A stretch of DNA of 64,000 bases, taken from NCBI GenBank assembly GCA_965205015.1, contig OZ242029.1:5440001-5504000 (forward strand), read 5' to 3'. The DNA comes from Candidatus Poribacteria bacterium (GTDB lineage: Bacteria > Poribacteria > WGA-4E > WGA-3G). This document shows, in pieces, positions 48,019 through 55,603 of this stretch (its first letter is position 1; each line of letters opens with the position of its first letter). The notes under the pieces were generated by a model that saw only the letters and a program-made list of their open reading frames with translations, had not been told where the DNA came from and made no database searches. The translations under genes and the position numbers were made by a program.

Positions 48019-48639
48019 CTATTCTTCGGGAATCTCTCCAAAAGTATGGGCAGGTTCGATGAGGTATTTCACCTGTTTTCCGAACCTTCCATCGGTGTAA
48101 TCAATTGCGCGAATTTTCCAGCCCTTAGCCTCCTTTTTCAGTGCAGAAATCAGGTCGCCCTTCTGATTCCCCCAGGTATACGCGCCTCGTAAGACGGCTT
48201 CTTTCCCTCTGCTATCAATAGCGATATAGGTGATGTCAACCTGCATCTTTCCACCGCGGAGCCGGAATATTCCGTCCCATGCTTTGCTAACAGCCTTTCC
48301 GCCTTCGTTTTTTTCAAAGGTCCCCGCCCAGAACGTCCAAGCCGTAAAAATGTCTTTGCTCTCGCCAGGTAGCCACACGCCCGTTAGCGCGTCAACATCC
48401 TGGTCGCCATGGGCAACAGCGTACTCGGCATAAAGGTCCCGAATCGCCTGCTCCTCAGCGGCAAAGTCAATATCTCTTCCAACAACTACATCGGGTTGCG
48501 TTGATTCAGTGGATGTCGTTGTCGGCTGGGTTTGCTTATCAGGTGCTTCTGTTTCATCCGCAGTGTCGCCGCCACAAGCCATCAGTCCAACGGAAACCAG
48601 CAAAACGAGGATGAAATAATAAATAGCTTTCGGTTTCAT
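48019..48639 (-). CDS. Lipoprotein with NTF2/SnoaL-like domain
   Basis: Lipobox LMAC; EEQAIRDLY.EY..A....D...WKI pattern. Confidence 0.7.
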   Translation of the reverse strand: MKPKAIYYFILVLLVSVGLMACGGDTADETEAPDKQTQPTTTSTESTQPDVVVGRDIDFAAEEQAIRDLYAEYAVAHGDQDVDALTGVWLPGESKDIFTAWTFWAGTFEKNEGGKAVSKAWDGIFRLRGGKMQVDITYIAIDSRGKEAVLRGAYTWGNQKGDLISALKKEAKGWKIRAIDYTDGRFGKQVKYLIEPAHTFGEIPEE

Positions 48640-48743
48640 ATTGCCTTCTCTCCTCTGTTGAAGGTGATAGATAAATCACGTTCACACACTTTGTTCTATT
48701 TTACCCTATCACACGATAAAAATCAACACAATTTTAATAGCAA

Positions 48744-48768
48744 CCAGCAATCAGCAATCAGCAATCAG
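48744..48768. repeat. Heptamer tandem repeat (CAGCAAT)n
   Basis: cagcaatcagcaatcagcaatcag; related (CAGCCAT)n at 5958-5978. Confidence 0.7.
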
Positions 48769-48861
48769 TATAAAGATTGTTTTGTAATCGATTTTATGCT
48801 ATACTTTATCGGTACAGTTACATGCTGTTAACCTCTAAAACCTTGTCGAAAAGGAATTCCT

Positions 48862-49116
48862 ATGAACGTCACAGTCAAATACTTTGCCGTATGCCATGAA
48901 ATGTTAGATAGATCCGAGGAAGAGATGGAGCTCCCGGAGGGTGCTACTATACAAACAATATTAGAACGTCTTGAGGAAGAATGGCCCGAAATCGCCGAGT
49001 TTTATGAAGTGATGCAGATGTCCGTCAATTGGGAATATGCTACGGAACATACGGAACTCGCAGAAGGGGACGAAGTCGCCCTAATTCCACCAGTGACGGG
49101 AGGCTGCAATGTTTAA
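48862..49116 (+). CDS. moaD: Molybdopterin synthase sulfur carrier subunit
   Basis: VKYFA, SVN.EY, GDEVALIPPVTGG followed by CNV. Confidence 0.9.
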   Translation: MNVTVKYFAVCHEMLDRSEEEMELPEGATIQTILERLEEEWPEIAEFYEVMQMSVNWEYATEHTELAEGDEVALIPPVTGGCNV

Positions 49117-49570
49117 GATAACGACAGAAGTTATCACAGGCGAGGAAGCGCGCGAAACCGTGGAGGGTCCAGACGCGGGCGCAGTTGTGTTATTCTTCGG
49201 CACAGTTCGGAATAATACTGATGGCAGATCGGTAAAATGTCTCGAATATGAAGCCTATCCCCCGATGGCAGAGAAGAAAATGGCAGAAATTGCACAAGAA
49301 ATCTCAGACAAGTGGGGTCTCGACCGCGTCGCAATGGTTCATCGCGTCGGAAAATTGGAAATCGGCGAGGTAAGCGTCGTCGTAGCAGTTGCGTCCCCGC
49401 ATCGCAAAGACGGGTTTGAAGCCTGCCAATACGCGATGGATCGCCTCAAACAGATCGTGCCTATCTGGAAACGCGAAGTCTGGGCAGATGGCGAAGCGGA
49501 ATGGGTGAAACCGGATGCCGTTTTCTTCGATGCTCCTAAGCCCCACAAAACCGCTTCACAAATTGACTAA
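49109..49570 (+). CDS. moaE: Molybdopterin synthase catalytic subunit
   Basis: GAVVLFFGTVR, LEYEAY, HRVG.L, SPHR, LKQIVPIWKRE. Confidence 0.95.
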   Translation: MFKITTEVITGEEARETVEGPDAGAVVLFFGTVRNNTDGRSVKCLEYEAYPPMAEKKMAEIAQEISDKWGLDRVAMVHRVGKLEIGEVSVVVAVASPHRKDGFEACQYAMDRLKQIVPIWKREVWADGEAEWVKPDAVFFDAPKPHKTASQID

Positions 49571-50660
49571 AGATTGAAATGCCTTGTGGGAATTGGTCCA
49601 ACGCCATCCACTCATCGACTGTATGCGCCTGTAAAATACTGCCAGGTCCGATAATGACAGTCTCCATGTGCTGTCCGAAGACGGCTGCATCGGTGCCATA
49701 GGCGACGGTTTGAGGTTCGGTTTCGCCGGTTATTTCAAGTGCTGCTTGGATAATCTCCGCCTCGGGCGGTGTGCGCACTGGAGGCGCATCAATATACAAA
49801 TCGAATATTAACCCGTGCTTCTCAGCCGAGTCACGCGCGCGGTCTATCCACTCTTGCGAATTGTCCCCGGGCATTGGACGGTAATTGATACAACACACGC
49901 TTAACGGCGAAGTAATATTCCCTGGACACTCGCCATCACTGATAGTGATATTCCAATCCGTAAAAGCCGGTGTGAATTCATCGTTGAAATACTGAGTATT
50001 GGTTGTCAATTCGTGATAAATATCCCGCATTTCTGCGAGAAACGGAATTAACTTTAGATTCGCGTTGTCCCCTTCGCCTGTACTGCTGTGTGCTGCACGC
50101 CCGTGGGCTGTGGCAGTAAAGCGGACAGTCCCTTTGTGGGCATATACCGCATGGAGTTCTGTCGGTTCACCGACGACTCCATACTTCGGAAAGCCGTGCT
50201 TTTTGAACATCTGCGACTTTTCGGCAACCGCTGTTGCTCCGAGGTAGCCCACCTCTTCATCAGCCGTGATGACGACATAGAGGGGTGCTTTCAAATCCGA
50301 TGCTGCATAGTGGGACGCGACCTCAATCATACACGCAACACTGCCCTTCATATCGCAACTGCCTCTGCCGTACATCTTCCCATCATCAATCCGCGCCTCA
50401 AACGGATCCATCGACCAACCGGTAGTCGGCACAGTATCTATATGTCCGAGCAGCGCAAGCCCGCGTTCCCCGTTTATGGGTCCTTTACGACCAATGAGAT
50501 TTACCTTCAGCACACCTGCTCGGTCTCTGTATTCCACCCGTTCGACTTCACAATCAATGGATTCCAGCGTTTCGGTGAGAAAATCCATGACCTCAACATT
50601 GCTGAGATGGCTCACTGTATTATACCCAATGAGGGTTCTGGTCAATTCTTTTGCATCCAT
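49536..50660 (-). CDS. argE: M20 family deacylase (acetylornithine deacetylase-like)
   Basis: GHIDTVP, GRGSCDMKG, DEE, GEPT, AHSS, AHTVDE. Confidence 0.8.
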   Translation of the reverse strand: MDAKELTRTLIGYNTVSHLSNVEVMDFLTETLESIDCEVERVEYRDRAGVLKVNLIGRKGPINGERGLALLGHIDTVPTTGWSMDPFEARIDDGKMYGRGSCDMKGSVACMIEVASHYAASDLKAPLYVVITADEEVGYLGATAVAEKSQMFKKHGFPKYGVVGEPTELHAVYAHKGTVRFTATAHGRAAHSSTGEGDNANLKLIPFLAEMRDIYHELTTNTQYFNDEFTPAFTDWNITISDGECPGNITSPLSVCCINYRPMPGDNSQEWIDRARDSAEKHGLIFDLYIDAPPVRTPPEAEIIQAALEITGETEPQTVAYGTDAAVFGQHMETVIIGPGSILQAHTVDEWMALDQFPQGISIFSQFVKRFCGA

Positions 50661-50743
50661 AGTTAACAATTTTATAAAAAGCGGCGAAGTTTGTCAATGA
50701 TTTTTTTACAGTAGAGCAGAGCGTCGCGATTTAGCGATGGATC

Positions 50744-51481
50744 TCACAGTTGGTACTCATACGCGGCGATGGCGACGGCTACAATCGCGGCAGTTTCCGT
50801 GCGGAGGATGTTCCTTCCAAGCGTTACAGGTGTACATCCACTTTCAACAGCACTCGTGACCTCTTGATCGGAAAATCCACCTTCTGGTCCCACAAAGAGT
50901 GCAATAGAAGCCGGAGGTGGTGTCTCTCGCAAAACCGTCTGTATATGCTGGACCTGCGATCCCTGATTCCGATGCGGACTGAGGAGCAGACAGAGCGAAA
51001 ACCTATCAAGTTGGGCAAGTGCAGCCTCAAACGCCTGACCCTGGCACAATTCAGGCAACCACGCGCGTTCGGACTGCTTCATAGCAGAGATAAGAACCCG
51101 GTGCCAACGCGCATATCGGTTTTGACTCGGTTTCTGCAAAGCGTATTCCGAATGTAGTGGAACAATCCGTGTGATGCCGAGTTCGGTCGTTTTTTGGAGA
51201 ATTAACGCCATCTTATCGTTTTTGGGGAGTCCTTGAAAGAGCGTGATTTCCGGTGGAACAGACGGGTGAAATTTGTGGCTGAGGATCTGGGCTTCGCTTG
51301 AAATCCGAGTATCGTGTGTTTCAAGAATTTGCGCGGTATACACATTCCCTACTCCATCAATGATTCGGACAGTCTCACCCGGTCTTGTCCGGAGCACATT
51401 GCGGAGATGATGATGCTCCGAGCCCGTAACTATAGCGATATTATTGGATATCTGAGAGGGGAAAACATAGAAAGTGTGCAT
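50744..51481 (-). CDS. rsmE: 16S rRNA m3U1498 methyltransferase
   Basis: HLRNVLR, QKTTELG, VGPEGGF, LGRNILRTETA. Confidence 0.95.
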   Translation of the reverse strand: MHTFYVFPSQISNNIAIVTGSEHHHLRNVLRTRPGETVRIIDGVGNVYTAQILETHDTRISSEAQILSHKFHPSVPPEITLFQGLPKNDKMALILQKTTELGITRIVPLHSEYALQKPSQNRYARWHRVLISAMKQSERAWLPELCQGQAFEAALAQLDRFSLCLLLSPHRNQGSQVQHIQTVLRETPPPASIALFVGPEGGFSDQEVTSAVESGCTPVTLGRNILRTETAAIVAVAIAAYEYQL

Positions 51482-51496
51482 CTTGCGAGCAACGTC

Positions 51497-52156
51497 TTAG
51501 GTCGCGCATAATCGAAGCTGTTGAATAACTTTCTCTGGCTGCTGACTGCGGAAGATCGCGGTACCCGCGACGAGGATCGTTGCGCCTTGATGAATCGTGA
51601 GGGGCGCGATCTCTGTCGTTACACCGCCATCAACGGAGATGTCAAGCGGCAGCGTCATTTCCTGAACAATTTGATGTAATGTTGCTATCTTTTCGAGTGT
51701 ATTCCGCTGAAAAGGTTGACCCCCGAACCCAGGTTCAACACTCATTGGTAAGACTAAGTCAATGTCTGAAAGGTAAGGTGTAACCGATGAGACAGGTGTC
51801 TTCGGGCAAAGTGCTAAACCCGGTTTAAGCCCGTGTGCTTTGATCGCCGAAATTACTTCGTCCGGTTTATCATCACTTTCGATATGAAAGGTAATCAGAT
51901 CTGCCCCTGCCGCTGCAAGCGCGTCAATATAACGAAGCGGGTGCGTCACCATAATGTGGACATCAAAAGGCACATCAGTGATCTCACGAACAGCCGCGAT
52001 AAAGGGTGGACTGATAGCGAAATTTGACACAAATTCGCCGTCCATCACGTCAAAGTGGAGCATATCCGCCCCAGCCGTGACGATCCGTTTGACCTCTTCG
52101 CCAAGACAACTGAAATCTGCCGCCAGTAATGAAGGCGCAATTTTAGGCGTAAAAAT
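51497..52156 (-). CDS. rpe: Ribulose-phosphate 3-epimerase (probable ATT start)
   Basis: IAPSLLAADF, HFDVMDG.FV, DVHIM, MSVEPGFGGQ, VDGG; frame extends 93 nt upstream of the ORF-track start. Confidence 0.9.
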   Translation of the reverse strand: MFTPKIAPSLLAADFSCLGEEVKRIVTAGADMLHFDVMDGEFVSNFAISPPFIAAVREITDVPFDVHIMVTHPLRYIDALAAAGADLITFHIESDDKPDEVISAIKAHGLKPGLALCPKTPVSSVTPYLSDIDLVLPMSVEPGFGGQPFQRNTLEKIATLHQIVQEMTLPLDISVDGGVTTEIAPLTIHQGATILVAGTAIFRSQQPEKVIQQLRLCAT

Positions 52157-52179
52157 CTGTAATCTCCTTTACCGGCGTT

Positions 52180-53157
52180 CTATCTATAAACCACTTCAGG
52201 TAATTTTTCACCGTTTTCGTAGACAATCACCCGTGCTTTACCAAAGACGCGAATCCCTTTCTGTTCCAAATCAATCACTGTCCCGGGCGCGTAGCGTTGA
52301 TCGACCTCGATGCGCTCACTGTACTCATCAATTATAACAATTCTGACGTGCCGTGAAAGTTTTCCTTCCTCACTCACCGTATGCGTGAAAGTTAAGGGTC
52401 TGCTAATGTTTTCGGTAGTTCCCTGCACACCACTGATTTCGAGTAGGATACGGTCTCCGGTTCTTACCATGACACCCCCAACAGGTTCGTGAGTGATAAT
52501 TGCCCCTTGAGGGATTTTAGGGTGTGAACTATATTCAGTCTCAATCTTTAGTCCCACTGCTTCCAAGGCAGCAATCACATCGGCAGCAAATTGACCTTGG
52601 AAATTCGGAAGTTGTACCACTTGTGGTCTCGGTCCGCGGCTCAGTAAAAGATTGACAGGATTGCCGCGGCGTTGCCCTCCCCCTTCTGGCGGTGTTTGTG
52701 CGATGACCGTATCCTGCAGATAATCTTCGGAATGGACGAAGGCAACTCGATTCGGACGAAAACCAGCACTCGTCAGGGTATCAAAAGCCGCATTCCGCGA
52801 TTTTCCAATGACGGAGGGGACGGGGACTAACTCCGCTCCTATACTCACTGTGATTTCAACGGGTTGATACGATTTTATTCTAAAGTTCGCCTCTGGATTT
52901 TGTGAGACGATTTCACCCTTCGGTGCATCGCTGCTCGCCTCTTGAATGGCTTTCGCGGGTTGTAACCCCGCATCACCAAGAATCCGCACGGCTTCATAGT
53001 AACTTTCGCCGATAATGTTGGGAACAAGCACTTCTTCGGTTCTGACCCAATTCGGAATAACGACGAAAATGGCTAACACGCCGATGATAGCGAAGAAAAT
53101 CAAGAAATATAGGAGAACCTTGAATGATGCAAATAGGGTATTATTCAGACGATTCAT
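52180..53157 (-). CDS. Membrane-anchored triple PASTA domain protein (no kinase domain)
   Basis: TM then VPNIIG, VPSVIG, LPNFQG repeats with SQNP / AQTP / THEP. Confidence 0.88.
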   Translation of the reverse strand: MNRLNNTLFASFKVLLYFLIFFAIIGVLAIFVVIPNWVRTEEVLVPNIIGESYYEAVRILGDAGLQPAKAIQEASSDAPKGEIVSQNPEANFRIKSYQPVEITVSIGAELVPVPSVIGKSRNAAFDTLTSAGFRPNRVAFVHSEDYLQDTVIAQTPPEGGGQRRGNPVNLLLSRGPRPQVVQLPNFQGQFAADVIAALEAVGLKIETEYSSHPKIPQGAIITHEPVGGVMVRTGDRILLEISGVQGTTENISRPLTFTHTVSEEGKLSRHVRIVIIDEYSERIEVDQRYAPGTVIDLEQKGIRVFGKARVIVYENGEKLPEVVYR

Positions 53158-53225
53158 CTTCTAATTTTACCTTGCGGAGCGGATCAGAAACCTGCCCGTA
53201 ACGGAGTGAAGGGCAGCGCGAAAAC

Positions 53226-54164
53226 CTAAGAATTAAAAAACTCTCCTGTTTGCAATTGATAACCGTTAATAAAATCGTGTGCTTCCATAGATTTCTTGGT
53301 TGCGGGTTGAATTTCCAACAATTGAAGTGCTCCTTCTGCTGTGGTAACGAGGAGCTTTTGTCTTTCAACTATTTCAAGGGTTCCCGGTTGTCCAGCGAGT
53401 TTCTGTGGCAGAGGTTGACAACGCACAATTTTCAGTCGAAGTTTCTCACGGAAGAAAGTATAAGCACCGGGCCAGATCGCTGTACCTCTGACCAAATTGT
53501 GAATGGCAATTGCCGGTTGATTCCAATCAATGTGCCCGATCTCCTTCGTTAGCCGTGGGGCATGCGTTGCGTCTGCATCGTTCTGTGGGACTGCCGAGGG
53601 GGGTTCCCCATCTGGCATATTGGATAAACATCGGATTAGCTGATTTGCCCCGAGTTGCGCCAACTGTTTCGTCAAGGTGAAAGCAGTATCTTCGTTTCGG
53701 ATCGGGACCCGGTTTGCAGAGATAATATCACCTGTATCCTCACCTGCATCCAGTAACATCAGTGTCACACCTGTCTCAGTTTCACCCTTAATGAGTGCCC
53801 ACTGAATTGGGGCGGCACCGCGGTACTTTGGAAGCAGGGAGGGATGCAAATTGATAGTGCCACAGGGCGGGATATCTAAAATAGTTTGGGGGAGAATTTG
53901 GCCAAAGGCAGCAACAATTATTACATCCGGCGCGAGACGTTTAAGAGTCCGTACAAAATCTGGCTTTCTCGCCTTCTCAGGTTGATAGATCGGTATCGTA
54001 TGCTCTGTAGCAACGACTTTGACGGGGGACGGAGTGAGTCGCTTCCCGCGTCCGCTCGGTCGGTCGGGCTGTGTAACAACACCGATGAGTTCAAATTTGT
54101 GGGAGATGAGTTCTTTGAGTGTTGGAACGGCAAACTCACTGGTCCCCATAAACAGAATACGCAT
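53226..54164 (-). CDS. fmt: Methionyl-tRNA formyltransferase
   Basis: FMGTSEFA, VTQPDRPSGRG, NLHPSLLPKYRGAAPIQ. Confidence 0.96.
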   Translation of the reverse strand: MRILFMGTSEFAVPTLKELISHKFELIGVVTQPDRPSGRGKRLTPSPVKVVATEHTIPIYQPEKARKPDFVRTLKRLAPDVIIVAAFGQILPQTILDIPPCGTINLHPSLLPKYRGAAPIQWALIKGETETGVTLMLLDAGEDTGDIISANRVPIRNEDTAFTLTKQLAQLGANQLIRCLSNMPDGEPPSAVPQNDADATHAPRLTKEIGHIDWNQPAIAIHNLVRGTAIWPGAYTFFREKLRLKIVRCQPLPQKLAGQPGTLEIVERQKLLVTTAEGALQLLEIQPATKKSMEAHDFINGYQLQTGEFFNS

Positions 54165-54165
54165 C

Positions 54166-54470
54166 TTTTAATTATTCCTTGCGGTAAAATGACGTGAACT
54201 CTATCTTTGGCGCGCCTTTCTGAAATCCGCCTGCGTGTTTTTGCTTGGGCGTTTCTGCTTGGTGTCTTTGCTTGGTGTCTTTGCTTGGGTGTTTCTGTGT
54301 ATTTCTGCGTGTTTCTGCGTATTGTTGCAGGCTACAAAATATACAATTACTTGGAGATTTAAAATAAAATAAGTTTCAAACCCGTTAGCACGTAATGAAA
54401 TGGAGTGCGGATTTAAGGAACGCCGCAATCGTCTAAACGACTGTTATTTCTCCGCAAGGTAAAATTAAAA
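54166..54470. mobile_element. MITE-like element family 2 (about 305 bp) with internal degenerate tandem repeats
   Basis: Inverted termini TTTTAATTATTCCTTGCGG / CCGCAAGGTAAAATTAAAA; internal 10-14 nt GTGTYTYTGCTTGG / GTGTTTCTGC units at 54232-54322. Confidence 0.65.
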
Positions 54471-55031
54471 GCGAATTTGAAGGAGCGGCAGCGCGAAACC
54501 GACAGACGGCTCATTTGCCCACCCGTTGAGTCCTTTATTCATCGAGTCCTGCAGCGACCTATTCCTATATGTCGCTACATACGGGTCCGTTTCGGACAAC
54601 CGTGTCAGAGGTCCTTCCACGGGATCCTCATCCTCAGGCGATGGCGGTGTTTGGGGTTCCGGCACACGCGGTGCGGATCGGTCAACATTACGCGTATGCA
54701 ACCAATCCCATACCCCAATAAACAGAGACAATGAAACAGCCCCGATGCCAATTATACGATAGTCCTGTGTGGATAACTCAGGTGCGAATTTATTTTCACG
54801 CAACATTTTTACCACACGCATTATTCCGTAACTGTGAATCGCCGTGAACGGGATGGAACTCAAAGTAATGATCTCAAACCGTCGCAAAGCACTTTCGCTA
54901 TATTCCTCTGAGTGCGTATGTCCTGCCTCCGATTCGGGAGCTTCGGAGTGAACTTGGGCTTTTGCATGTGGGATCCCTAAGGCAAGAAAAATTAGGCTAA
55001 ACAAGAATAATCGAACGCTCAATTTATACAT
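54465..55031 (-). CDS. Hypothetical exported/membrane protein
   Basis: Signal peptide AKA-Q, ESALRRFEI motif, 2 TM-like segments. Confidence 0.7.
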   Translation of the reverse strand: MYKLSVRLFLFSLIFLALGIPHAKAQVHSEAPESEAGHTHSEEYSESALRRFEIITLSSIPFTAIHSYGIMRVVKMLRENKFAPELSTQDYRIIGIGAVSLSLFIGVWDWLHTRNVDRSAPRVPEPQTPPSPEDEDPVEGPLTRLSETDPYVATYRNRSLQDSMNKGLNGWANEPSVGFALPLLQIRF

Positions 55032-55090
55032 GGATTATTTTCCCTGACGATTGGAACACGTCTGAACTATGATTTACATGAAAATCCTGG

Positions 55091-55603
55091 TCAAGTTTCT
55101 TGGTGTTGATCTCGGTTTTGAAACAGGTAAACAATTAACATCCCCGCTCCAATACAGACAGAAATATCCGCAATGTTAAAGGTCGGCCAAAAGAGTCCTT
55201 TGTCAACTATACCAAATTGCAGGAAATCGACGACCTCACCCAAATAGAGACGATCCATGAAGTTTCCAACAGCACCCCCGAGTAGAAAACCGAGAGCGAC
55301 TTGCATCCAACGGCTCTCCCTGAATCGAAGATAATAAGCGAAAATGAAGACTAAAGCGATAATAGTAATGAGAATCAGTAAGACCCTGTGTCCAGCCAGT
55401 ACACCAAAAGCGGCGCCTGTATTTCTATCGTGCCGAAGGTTAAAAAAGCCGGGAATAATCGGAATGACCTCAGTAACCTGAGCGATATGGTTCTGCACCA
55501 GCCATTTACTCACCCAATCTACTATCAACACTGGAATCGCCACACCGATTAAGGGTAGAAGCGTCTGCCAGGTATTTTTTTTAGGACCCTGCATCGTGGG
55601 CAT
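55091..55603 (-). CDS. lspA: Lipoprotein signal peptidase II
   Basis: NTGAAFG, GAVGNFMDR, VVDF, FNIAD; start uncertain (55603 or 55594). Confidence 0.95.
   Translation of the reverse strand: MPTMQGPKKNTWQTLLPLIGVAIPVLIVDWVSKWLVQNHIAQVTEVIPIIPGFFNLRHDRNTGAAFGVLAGHRVLLILITIIALVFIFAYYLRFRESRWMQVALGFLLGGAVGNFMDRLYLGEVVDFLQFGIVDKGLFWPTFNIADISVCIGAGMLIVYLFQNRDQHQET

Noticed and set aside
49536-49570. 35-bp convergent overlap of moaE and argE
   Set aside because: Short 3' overlaps of convergent genes are common; no evidence of special function.
54201-54428. 75-aa ORF with repetitive KDT/KNT sequence
   Set aside because: Lies wholly inside the repeat element; no RBS or recognisable domain.
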